Assembly (NCBI GenBank): GCA_033442325.1
Contig: JAWQFM010000006.1
Coordinates: 1,480,961-1,544,793 of the forward strand
Origin: Salpingoeca rosetta
Taxonomy: Eukaryota > Protista > Choanoflagellata
Reading direction: 5' to 3'
Length of the DNA stretch: 63,833 bases
Shown: piece by piece, positions 1 through 12,591 of the stretch
Numbering within the stretch: position 1 is the stretch's first letter
Layout: each line of letters opens with the position of its first letter
Notes under the pieces: model-generated
Told to the model about the DNA's origin: nothing
The model's database searches: none
Seen by the model: only the letters and a program-made list of their open reading frames with translations
Made by a program: the position numbers and the translations under genes

Positions 1-115
<115 letters not shown>

Positions 116-203
116 GATAGACGGGCTGCTTGCGAACTTGTTCATGCACTCTGTTGCTGACACAGGTGCTTGCACGCCACCATCCCACATGCACTTGGTG
201 CAG

Positions 204-374
204 TTCAAATACCGCTCACGAGTGGACACAGCACTGTCAATGCCGGAGAAGGTGCACGCGAAGCTGCACACCAAGGCCAACAAGCGCAAGGTACTGTATT
301 TCGTTGTGTTGCTTAGCTCTCACTCACTCACAGAAGCACCCGTGCTCTCACTCACTCACAGAAGCACACTCATT

Positions 375-445
<71 letters not shown>

Positions 446-1190
446 TCACTCACGCACACACTGTCCGACGATACCACCACAAACAGTTCTTTGAAGCGGT
501 GGTAAAGAACAACCTGAACAAAGTGGAGGATCTGCTCAAGAAAGGGTTTGACCCGAACTTTCACGATGACGACTCTGGCGAGACGCCGCTCACACGGGCA
601 GCAGCACACGACCAGCAGGACATGGTGGTGCTGTTGTTCAGCAACGGCGCACACTTTGACTACAGATCGAAGGACGGCTTTACCCCCATCCACAAGGCCG
701 CTGTACCAGGTGAGGCGTGCACATGCGCGGGACTGACAATGCTCCTCCAGTTTTGACATCGCACACACACACACACCACAGTCAAACACACTCACTCACT
801 CACTCACTCACTCACTCTCTCACTCACTCACTCACTCACTCACTCACTCACTCACACACACACACACACACTCACTCACTCACACACTCACTCACCACCA
901 CAGGACACCACCGCACGCTGCTGCGGATGCTTGATCTTGGCGCGTCACCGGACTACCGCGACGCCAAGGGCCTGCCCGCCCTCTACCACTGCTGCATCCA
1001 CGGCGGCGGCGCAAACTGCGTGCGTGCTGCGGAGATTCTGCTGAAGGACGCGTGCCAGGTGGGCGCTGTTGACGCGCACGGCTGGACGGAACTTCACCAC
1101 ACGGCAAAGCTCGGACACGACACACACGCAGAGATGCTGCTCTTGTACGGCGCAGACGTAAACGCAGTCAACGACACTGGTGTGTGCTAG

Positions 1191-1237
<47 letters not shown>

Positions 1238-4200
1238 ATGTGATTGCTCGCGTGTGTGTGTGTGTGCATGTGTGCATGTGTGTGGGTTGCTTTCCTTCTC
1301 ACGCCGATCTCACACTGCATACCTTTGCTGCTGCTGACTGGATGGCCATCAGGCAACTCCCCCTTACACGTCTGCGGCACATGGGACCAGCTCGAGGTTG
1401 CAAAGGTGGGTACGCTGTGTGTATGTGTGTGTGTGTGTGTGTGCGCGTGCGTGCGTGTGTGTGTGTGTGTGTGTGTGCGTGTGCGCGTGTGTGCGTGTGT
1501 GTGTGTGGTGTGACGAACAGCGAGACATTCGACGAGACGCTGCACAATCACTTTGGCTACAGTGCAATCACTGTCATCATGCGCACTCTTTGCCCTCACC
1601 CGCGCTCCTCCTGGCTCACCCGTGGTGCACAGGTGCTGTTGAAACGAGGTGCCTCTAAAACGCTGAAGAACAAGGCTGGACAGACGGCACTGGACGTTGC
1701 GTCCATTGCGGGCTCTGCTGACGTGGCACGCGCGATTGCGTCATTCAACCCTGCCGACGCCGCCCCAGTAAAGGCGCCGCCCGTCTACTTTGCACGCACG
1801 CGCACATCCAGCGTGGCCACTCCGAGGGTGCGTTGTGTGTGTGTCTGTCTGTCTGTGTCTGTGTCTGTGTCTGTGTCTGTGTCTGTGTGTGTTTGTGTGT
1901 GCAGCGGATGCTGTCTGCTACGTGCATGCACGCACTTCTCATCTGCTTCATTCAGACAACATCGATGCTCTTCACACACACACACACACACACACACACA
2001 ATTCTCATCGCCGCGGTCTCTGTTTGCTTTTCTTCCCTCTGTCCATCTGCAGTCGACATACGCCCGCGGTGCGCGTGTGATGGAGGAGTCAAAGAACACG
2101 GCGGAGGGGAGACAGCGGCCAACCGGCCCGCAGCCCTTCACGCTGCCGGAACACTTTGTGGTCGAGGTGCGCCGTGTGATGGAGGTGTTGGGGCGTGATA
2201 TTAGCTTGGCGACTGCCGTTATGCATCCCTCAACAGACTTGCACTCGCACAATGCTGCTGTCGCTCTTTCCTCACCTTGTTTTCACGCTGTACTTGCTCA
2301 CCACAAACAACTCGGCCTTGGCAATGCGACCACGACAACGACTGCCGCAAACACCGCCATCAAAACAACTATCGCCCCTGTGATCAACACGATGACCTCC
2401 ATCATCACCGCCACCATCACCACCACCGCCATCATGAACGATCACCAGCGGGAGTCTGGGCATGATCATGACAGCGGGGTGGGCACTGCAGCGAGCAGCA
2501 CCGGGAGCCAACACGACCACGACGGACAATCGGCCCAATCCTCCACCGCCTCATCGTTCCTCACCATCTCCATCACAAAGGGGCAGAAGGGGTTTGGCTT
2601 TCGCCTCGCTGGCGCCGTGCACAGGTGTGTGTATGTATGTGTTTGTGTGTTTTGTGTGTATGTATGTGTGTTTTGTGTGTATGTATGTGTGTTTTGTGTG
2701 TATGTGTGTGTTTGTTTGCTTGTTTGTTTGTTTGTTTGTTTGTTTGTTTGTTTGTTTGTTTGTTTGTTTGTTTGTTTGTTGTGAATATGTGTAAGTTGCG
2801 GCGACTGGTGCATGTTGTTGTTATGACCTTCGTCAAATTACAATCTCACGTGCCAGCACCACCAACCTGTACAGCGACACACGCCACGGCTCCCAGTGCC
2901 AGTTTGTTCGCAGTGTTGATGCGCAGAGCCCAGCAAGGCGTGCCGGTACGTCACTGAATAGACTGCATCTGCACACGCGCAGTGTGATTACTGGTGCTGG
3001 TTCTCTTGTCAGTTCCACCATTCACCGCCAACACATACCTGGCCGCCCTCCCGCACATTCACCCTCACAAGCACACGCGCATGCACACTCACGTTTGCCA
3101 CCGACACTCACGCTCACACACTGTCGGTGATGTCTGGGTGCAGGCCTCAAAGTTGGCGACCGGGTGCTCCGTGTTGGAGACGTTGATGTCGTTGGCTTCA
3201 CACATGCGCAGGTTGTCAAGGAGATTCGCAAGTCTGGTGACACTGTCTCCTTGCACATCAAGCGGCACACCCAGGTTGGACCGACCGTGCGCCTGCGGTT
3301 GTGTTTGTGTGCAGAATGTTGAGCTTGTACAGTTGTGTGTGAAGAGAACTGTAATGTTGGCACAACCCCCCCCCCCACACACACACACACACCACACACA
3401 TTTTCCCTCACGCTCACCTTCAAATTCCATCACCCTTCACATTCCCCTTGCTGTTCCTCCTCCTCTCCTACCGCCGCCCTTGCACCCCTCTCCTCGTCAC
3501 GCTCCATCACGCCACGCGCCATCAGAGGGCGAGCAGCGGCGTGCCGGTGGAGTGGGTCCGCTCTGTTGATGGCATCACCGCCAAGACGACGGGCGCTGGT
3601 GCAGGCAAGGTGACAGACATTGACGCTGCCAGCCCTGGCCGACGCAAGCACCCCGCACGCATCCAACAACAACACCAACACCAACAGCAACAAGATGATG
3701 GGCGAAGACACACGGTGTCTGCTGCGATGCAGCGCAAGCCGAGCGCAGGCGTGTGGGGAGATGACACGTGCACGGCTTCCACACGCGGTGACAGCGAGGG
3801 CGACAAGGGCGAAGGGCGACGGCGGTCATCAACATTGACGCGGCAGTACTCGACACACGTGGACGATCCGCTCTTGTTGGCGCCACGGCTGGCAGGCGTA
3901 CGCGCCCGCAGGGGGGAGCCATCGACAGTAGCGGTAGCAGCAACAGCACCACGCCACGGGCAGCAGCAGCAGCAAGAGCCGCATGAACACAGGCAGCAGC
4001 ACGATGGGACGCCACGCCACCGCTTCCACACGGTATCGGCCTCTCGTGAACGCTCGCGGCCAACGCTTGATGCGCTTGCGGCTGGCCCGCTGCCGTCCCG
4101 TGAGGCGCCAGCAACGGTCGGTCGAGACACCACCACCGGCACTTCATTCCTCGGTGCGCCCGCCGATGCTACGGGTCCCGTGTTTGTTGCGCCACCACCA

Positions 4201-5810
4201 CCACCCCCGGCGGCAGCTCCATCTACCACCACCACCACCACCACCACCACCACCACCACGGCACCACCACCCCCTCCTGCTCCAAACATGCCTGCGCCAC
4301 CGCCGCCACCGCCATCAACTTCATCGTCACAGCAACAGTCGCGTCCAGGGGTGCGTGTGTGTGTGTGTGTTTCTGTGTGTGTGTGTGTGTGTGTTTTGTA
4401 TTTTCTGTGTGTGTTTTTCTGTCTGTATGTCTGTCTGTCTGTGCGTGTGTGAACAGTCCATGTCATTTCTCTTGTCAAGCGCCTCATGCTCCCTTGTGTC
4501 CCTGTCTGTCCTCCTTCTCTTCCTCCTCCGCCCTCCTGTGCAGGGCCGGGCGAACTTGTTGGCCGACATTTCCCGCGGTGTGAAGTTGCGAAAGGTCAGA
4601 CAGTGCCCATGTACACACGACTTCAGCCTGAATTCTGTGGCGGTGGTGGCAGCTGCTGCTCCATGTGCCAGCACAGCTCCCCGCTTGCCCCTGCTGCCCT
4701 CTTGTTGCCAACAAGCAATCACACCACACACCACGCATCACACGCTATTCTTCGCTGCCCTGCAGATCCCTGTAGACGCGGATGCTGGGCGCGGTGGGCT
4801 TGGCGGTGCCGGTGTTGGTCGCGTGATGGACGGCAGCAGCGCCACGTCGTCGACCCCGCACATGCGCGAGCGCGCAGCAACAGCACCGAGCACCGCACTA
4901 TCGGCCATGGCCCGCGGGCACGGTGATGAGCTGTTGGATGGCATTCTGAACGTGAGGCTGCGCAAGACAGCGCCCCAGCAGCAGTTACGCAAAGGAGAAG
5001 GTGATGCATCGGCAACCACGGGGAAAGACCAGCACGAGGCGTCGCCCAGCCCGTTTGCAGGTGGGTTATTCTCCTGCTGTTTGCATTGTGCTACTGATCG
5101 ATGGTGGTGCTGTCGGAGGGAAGCAGCACGTACACAACAACCCCCTCTCATACATGTGCCCGCCCTCCCAGGCATTAAGCTTCGCAAGACACCGACAAAC
5201 ACAATGGGCGAAACAGGTGCGCATATCGGCTGCCTTTCATGTGGTGCTTGTCGTGTGCCTTGTTGCACGCAAACCTGACCAAGCCCACACTTTGACACGG
5301 CTTTGTACGCGCGTCCTCATGTTTGTATGCTCATGCTTGTGTGTTCATGCATTCATGACCAGATGGCTCGACACCAACAGCGCCTGCAGCTGAAGCGGGC
5401 CCTGTTCGCCTTCGCTCCACGAAACCCCCGCCACCGCCCGCGGGACCAAAGCCGGTATGATTTGGGTGCTGGTTGGTGGTGGTGATGTGAGGGGCGTGAG
5501 TTGTGGTAATGGGTAATGGGTGATGGTTGATTTTGGTGGTGGTGTGTTCGCAATATTCTCATACACGCACGTGTCTCGCCTTGCTCACCCTGTTGAAACA
5601 ATTGTGGCAAGGTGCTGCAGACACAGAGCAAGCCGGCCGTTCCGACACCAGAGGCGCCACAGCAATCTGGACCAACGGCAACGAGCAAACCACCCCCGCC
5701 AACCAGGCCAAAACCCGCAGTCGCTCCGCCCCAGCCGGCACCAAAGCCACGCGCTGAGAAAACACCCACAGCACAACAACAACAAACGGAGCAGCAGCAG
5801 CAGCAGCAGC

Positions 5811-5869
<59 letters not shown>

Positions 5870-6502
5870 ACGGAGCAGCAGCAGCAGCAGCAGCAGGCAG
5901 ATGAGGGAGAAGCCAGCACTTCACCCTTCATTCCTCCGCCAATGTTTCTGGCTGATGTACAGATGACCACGTCGGAGACCGACGAACCACAGCCGACAAA
6001 TGGAAGCAGCTTGATGCAAGAACCACAACACTCTGCAAGTGACGCGAGTACATCCACAGCACAGACAGATGATGACGCGGTCATGTCCCTCATTGCACCA
6101 CCACCACCACCACCAGCAGCACTGTCTTCAGCCACGGCCCATGGTATGGACGACGCAGCCATCGTTCCCCCGCCGCCTCTTATCGACAACAGCGACGGGG
6201 ATGGTGATGATGTCGACGCACACGTCGTGTCTCCGCCGCCGCCTGACCTTACAGCTGGCGACGCTGACGGTGATGATGACATGCCAGACATCGTCCCGCC
6301 GCCTGTTTGGGACAGCAGCGATCGCGGAGACGCTGTCAACATGACGCCGCCACCGCAGCAACCAGAGCAAGGAAGGGATGGTGCTGATCACGAGGACATC
6401 GCGCCAGTGCCACCACCTGCTGCTGATGACTGGTCTGATCTCGGCATTGACCTGGTGCCACCGCCACCCGCCATGGACGACGACGACGATGACTTTGATT
6501 GA
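204..6502 (+). CDS. SHANK: Shank-like scaffold protein (ankyrin repeats, PDZ, Pro-rich, WH2-like motifs); multi-exon, 5' part lies upstream of the window
   Basis: Exon 204-290 FKYRSRV...AKLHTKANKRK and exon 487-709 FFEAV...KGFDPNFHDDDSGETPLT match the Shank pre-ankyrin/ankyrin signature, followed by LDLGASPDYRDAKGLPALYH and further ankyrin exons. The PDZ is spliced from ~2560-3270 (KGQKGFGFRL / QFVRSVDAQSPARRAG / LKVGDRVLRVGDVDVVGFTHAQVV). The last exon is Pro/Asp-rich and ends TGA at 6502. Confidence 0.85.
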
Positions 6503-6807
6503 TATTTGAGGGAGGGGAGGATGGATGAAGACCTGTGTCTGTGTGTGTGTGTGCGCGCGTCAGTTAGCTTAGAACCTTTGTTTTGCTCTGCCCAGCACGA
6601 CTGCTCTATCTGTATGAATGTGCGTGGAGTTGCTCTGTGCTGATGGGTTCGTTGTACATACAAGACCCCTGCAGTGGCGAGCGCCGCTGCGCAGGCGTAC
6701 ACGAAAGACCTTGCACGTTCATGCTTACTTTCCAAACACGAAGAAAGGAAGTGTGGGAACCTCTTGGTCAGTCAGCGGGGCACTCTTCCGCGTGGAAACT
6801 CCGAGAG

Positions 6808-7394
6808 ATGAATCGGCAGCGCTGTCCGCACAGTACCGCCTTCCTCGTCGCATTCCTGGTGCTGGTGACGGCGGTGGCACTGGCTTTGGGCGAACCAGTT
6901 CGACCTGCTCCTGATCACGCACGCTCTGTAGCAGTGCAGCACTTGCAGCTGGCGGACTTCTTCTCCCCAACAGCCACGACATGGACAACAACAGCAAGAA
7001 CGACAACCAGTCCTTCTGATAGCAGTACTCCGCCACCTCTTCCCCCTCTCAACCGGACAGCCTTCTTTGAGGAAGTGTATCAGCACGACACGTTGATTGC
7101 ACGGGATGCCACATCTGCACGCCTGCGATCCCTGACACGGCCACTCGGACAAGTGCAAGAGCTGTGCCACGCCTTTGACCAGCAAGACAAGCAGAGCGGC
7201 GGCTTCCATGTGAGTGACATGAACGTGAAATGCATGGCATCTTGGTGCCTGTCCTTCGCCTGTCTTGTCTGCTGCTGTTGTTCGTTCAGCGAGCAGAACC
7301 CTGGGTGTGGTGGGAGAAGGGCATTGGAGGAGAAGGTTGAGATGATGATCCCTTGCCTGCAAGCAAGCGTTGTCAGCTGCCTTGCCGCTTGCAG

Positions 7395-7444
<50 letters not shown>

Positions 7445-8393
7445 TCACGCGCACGCACGCACATTCACACAAACACGCACACGCACACACGATCCACAGA
7501 TCAAGGAGCAAGGCGAGACGCGGCAGGTGTCGTCGTGCAAGCAGATGGAGGACGAGCTGGCTGCCGGCGCGGGTTTGCTCATCCGCTACGAGGACCTCGT
7601 GGACTCCCCCGCCCAGGACCACGTCAAGCAGCTGCAGGACGGCGTGCGCGACGTGTTTGGCACAGAGTCCACGGTCCACCTGTACCACGCCACGCAGAAC
7701 GAGTCGCGCGCCCTCATGCCGCACACAGACCCTTACGACGTCCTTGTCATCCAGCTCCACGGCTCAAAGCGCTGGACAACCTGCATCCCAGACGCATACG
7801 TCTCCGACACCGACACCAACAACGACGGAAGCGACACCAACAAAGAGGACGACGACAGCACCAACACCGGCACTGGCGACCACGGTGCTTCTGCTTCTGC
7901 TTCTGCGTCGTCGTCTTCCTTCCCAAGCCGCCATGGCACACGCGCACGCCCAAGCGAGGCAGAGACCATCAAGCACTTCAGCCCTGCGCAGCTGGGCCAG
8001 CTGCAGGAGATCCGGCGCCAGAGGCAGCAGGGGTGCACGGCGTACCAGGACGCAGACCTGCGTGGCATGCGCTGCAACGAGTTCACGCTGCGTGCCGGCG
8101 ACACCATGTACATGCCCAAGGGCATCATCCACTTTGCGCTGTCGGGCGAGGAGGGCTCGTCACATCTCACCATCTCGCTGGAGCGCAAGGGCCTGGCGTG
8201 GGCCGATGCGCTCATGCACGCGGCGCTCTCTGGCTCGGACATTGTGAACAACCCGGCGTTCCTTGGCCACTGGAAGAACACGGTGCAGTCGCTCATCAGC
8301 GACTACCGCGGCGTGCAGCTGCTGGAGGCCATGCCATCCTGGCACCTCAACACGGGTGCGCTGTGTGCAGCGCGTGGACAGGAACAACAACAA

Positions 8394-8425
<32 letters not shown>

Positions 8426-8750
8426 TGGCGATGGCAGTGCAGCTGGCGGTGAGCGTGATGAGGCGAAGGCGTTTGTGGCGTCGTTCCAGTCGCTGTGTCG
8501 CGAAGTTGGACCCGATGTGCTTGAGACGTACACCAAGGCGAACAACGTAGACGCGTTCCTGAATGCAGACGGCATTGGCGCGCTTGTTGAGCGCGTGTGC
8601 AGCGAGGAGTCGGCCGCCGCTGTTGTGGAGCAGCTGTGCGCACGCGGCAAAATGCCCGTGGACGTGACGTCGCCCCGCTTCCACAAAGCAGCACTCGCGG
8701 TCAGTATGCTCATTGCGCTTGCGTATTGTGGTGATGTGTTTGCGAGTGGC

Positions 8751-8797
<47 letters not shown>

Positions 8798-11274
8798 CTT
8801 GCATTGTATCCCCCATCTCACAGTGTCTGCCGTACTGCTGTCACAAATGTAGAACATCCGACAAAAGCGTGCAACAGTCACGGCTTCGTACACATGCAAC
8901 AGTGCATGCAACGCGGGCTGTGACGGGTGAGTTACATACCGCTGCTTTGCTTGATGAACACGTTGCACTTTGCGTGGGCGGCCTCGCGCACTGATTCTCA
9001 TCTTTGCCCATGCGGATTAACCTTCGTTGTGTGCTCTCTTTGTGGTGTGCAGGCAATCATGCACCGGCTGCGATGACTCGTGTAACACCCTCTGTGATGA
9101 CACGTGCTCGAGCTGCGACACAGGCTGCGACATTTGCTACGGCCAATCGTACGTGTGCTTGTCATGATTGCTGACACCCCCTCGATGAGTGACGGTTCAC
9201 TGTTACTTATGATGATCGGCTGTTTCTCATCCCGTTATCCCCTGTGCTTCTTTCTGTTCATGGCTTGCAGATGCAGCAGCTGTGATCTGGCTTGCAACAC
9301 AGGGTGTAACGCAGGCTGCGATGGGTGTGACCTCTACCAATGCAACTCGTCAGTACAGTGGCTTGAAGCCTGGTCGATTGTGTGTATGTGTGTGTGTGCG
9401 TGTGTGTATGTGTATATCTAACTGTGTTGCTGCTTCCCTCTCGTGCATTCACTCATACGAATCTGCGCATCATCGGCTTTCAATTCTCAGTGGGTGCGAC
9501 TCCAGTTGCGGAACTTTGTGGTGGGACTGCGTCAGCAGCTGCGATGAAAACTGTGGATGGAGTACGTACCGTTGCTGCGCCTGATACTGCTCACTCGTCC
9601 TGCTTGTTTCTCGTTTTCGCATGCCTCTCACAGCATAGAGGCACAGAGTCACATCCACCAGCTTGTCTGCAGTCCACAAACATTCACAAGCCAAACTTCA
9701 GCTCGCATTCACAGCCACACACACGCACACGCACACACACACACGCAGCCACGCACACACGCACACGCACACACGCACACACGCACACACACGCACCGCC
9801 GCTCACTCATCATTCTCGCTTCCACAAAAATGTGTCGCCATGCTTCCTTCCAATGTTCCATGCAACAGCGAGCTGTGATTACAGTTGTGATGACTCTTGT
9901 GACACCGGTCAGTATCAGTGATGTGATGTATGACACAGCATGGGTGTCGCTGTATTCATGCTGCTCGGCCTAATGCCATATCTGCCACTGTTGACTTGTC
10001 ATTCACATGCAAATGCTTGCCGTTGTTCACAAACAGGCTGCACGCAAGGCTGCGATAACTGCATCGCGACGAATTGCACCGGCAGCTGCGATGACTCTTG
10101 CGATGGACCATGCAACACGTAAACACTTGGTGTTTGGGTCTGTGCTGGATATGATTCTGCCTCTGAACCCCTTCTCGCGCTTCCACGCAACTCATTGAAT
10201 GCTCGTTTCTTGGCGTGCGCAGGGGTTGTGATGGCAGCTGCAACACTGGCTGCGACCAGTGCGTAGGCATCAGCTGCGATGACTCGTGTGATGGCACGTG
10301 CTCGTGCAACCCCGGCTTTTACGGGAATGGCACATCATGCACTGCTTGTCCATCCAGCAAGTACAGCGCCAGCAGTAACCAAACAACGTGCTCTCCGTGC
10401 GCGTCGTGCCCCGTTGGCAAGTATCGCTTTGGGTGTGGCGGGTCAAGTCCTGGCTCGTGCCTGGGCGTGGCTTGCTCATCCCCAGTCATCGAGCATGCTG
10501 TGTTGAGCGTCAACTCTACCCGATATCCTGCCACCGCAATCGTGTCATGCGAAGAAGGATATAAGCTGATTGGGGCTTCGTCATTGACGTGCCGAGCAGA
10601 CGGCAGCTGGGGGAAGTTGCCATCATGTTTGTCACTGGGTGCAACGCCCACATCATCAGCAGCATCATCAGCAAGTGCAGAACCGATGACAACAACGACA
10701 TTGACGAGCACCACCATGATCGTGGTGCCTGCTGGTTCATTTGATCTCCAATACCCAGATGACAAGCCAGCCTTCCGTGTCGTATTCTCCAAGGTGAAGG
10801 TCATCATTGGCGACATTGAGTACGCAGCATGCTCTGTGGGCTCGTCGGACAAGGACTGCTCCCAGGGCGAATTCGTCATCAGCTCCAAAGCAAGCGATGA
10901 AAGAATGGTGCAGGTCACCTGGCGTCCCACGGACCCGAGGCAGACGCAGCGCCTCAACGGTCTTGTCTTCCACCTGAGTGGTGGCTCCATCAGCGTCGTC
11001 ACCGTTCTGAACTCGTTCCCCAACGTGTCGGCGATGGTTGGGTTTTCAGCCGACGCCATCGTCTCAAACGCCGCTACTTCTTTCCACTGCACACGTTTGC
11101 TCCTCACTGACACTTCCGCCAAATCAACCGACCAGCTCGTCTTCTTTGACCTGCACATCCAAGCCGGGATTGCACCAGCTGCTGAGGGCAGCTTCTCTCG
11201 CACTACACAATGTGAAGAGCTCCCACCTCCAGCTTCAGCACAAGCAACAACAACAACAACAACAACAACAACTG

Positions 11275-11307
<33 letters not shown>

Positions 11308-11391
11308 CTTCTGCAACAGCAACAACAACAACAACTGAAACAACAACTTCTGCAACAACAACAACCACAACAACAACAACTTCTGCAACAG

Positions 11392-11422
<31 letters not shown>

Positions 11423-11425
11423 TGC

Positions 11426-11463
<38 letters not shown>

Positions 11464-12591
11464 CTGAAACAACAACTTCTGCAACAACAACAACCACAAC
11501 AACAACAACAACAACAACTGAAACAACAACTTCTGCAACAACAACAACCACAACAACAACAACAACCACAACAACAACAACTTCTGCAACAGCAACAACA
11601 TCAACAACAACAACAACATCTGCAACAACAACAACAACAACAACAACAGCCAATATCTCCACGAGCGCTGCAAATCCGAGCCAAACTAGCAACGCAAGGT
11701 TGGAGAGCTTGTGTACAGGTACATATGTGCTGTTGTGGATTTTGAGCATCTCTGTGACGAATCGTTGTTCACACCTGACTTCCCTTTCTGCCATTCTTGT
11801 CTGCGAAACGCAGCTCGTCCATATCATGGAAGCTTGCATTTGGCTTGGTTGCAGGCGTCCTGGGCATTGTATTTGTAGTTGCGATAGTGGTTTTGCGTCG
11901 AAGGCGTGGAGGACGCGTCTCACTTCAGACCAATGTGTGACACCAGCTCCTGTTGCGTAAATGTGTGTTTGTGTGTTTGGGTGACCACGGCCACTATTCT
12001 TCCCAACCCTTGCTAGCGATTCTCACACCGGTTGATTTGTCGCGAATTCCCTGCGTGCGTGTGCTTGAATTACAACAGCAACATCAGCAGCAACACCAGG
12101 CGGACGTTCGTGGGCCACGAACAGGTATGCTTGACCACCCTGCACACTGCTTTGTCATACTCACTGACGTGTTGTTGATTGTGCTAGCCCAACATGTCAT
12201 CAAACTTCTGACTTTCGTTTGCACGCACGTGCCTAATTTGGTCATGCTGTCTTGTGCGCTAGGGTTGAGTCTGTATGAGAATCCAACCTTCGGCGTCGGA
12301 GATGCTGGGACAGATGAATCCGATGAGGCCGGTGCCCCAACATACGATACAATCGAGTTTGCTGGATCAGACCCAGACTACGATAACCTGGAACCTGAGC
12401 ACACACTTGCCTCCACAATAGGCCTCGGGCTTCCGCCTCCCATTCATGCACCACGTGCTTCGTCGCCTGACCCAGTCTACGAAGAAGTTTGTGATCATCT
12501 CGCCAGTGGCAGCAGGGCTGTTTCGGTGTCCGAACCTGGTGCTCGCCCAAAACACGTGTGGAGTACCAATGACTATGATATGACAGGCTGA
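6808..12591 (+). CDS. Type I membrane protein: signal peptide, JmjC (cupin_4/ROX-type) 2OG-Fe(II) dioxygenase, furin-type site, Cys/Asp/Asn-rich repeats, EGF/TNFR-like, Sushi, LAMP/Ac45-like domain, Thr stalk, TM, Tyr-motif tail
   Basis: GT-AG exons with matching phases: 6808-7209, 7500-8699, 8853-8926, 9053-9148, 9271-9348, 9491-9561, 9869-9907, 10037-10118, 10223-11698, 11814-11934, 12079-12124, 12263-12591. Hydrophobic N-terminus AFLVAFLVLVTAVALALG. JmjC motifs ALMPHTDPYDVLVIQLHGSKRW and LRAGDTMYMPKGIIHFA. Sushi CEEGYKLIGASSLTCRADGSWGKLPSC. TM LAFGLVAGVLGIVFVVAIVVL followed by RRRR. Confidence 0.8.
11243..11649 (+). repeat. Coding (ACA)n-based degenerate repeat encoding a Thr-rich mucin-like stalk
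   Basis: Visible aca/caa trinucleotide array within the exon, translating as TTTTTETTTSA repeats. Confidence 0.9.

Noticed and set aside
10319-11923. 534-aa minus-strand Val-rich ORF
   Set aside because: Antisense shadow of the Thr-stalk exon; the + strand carries the recognisable domains.
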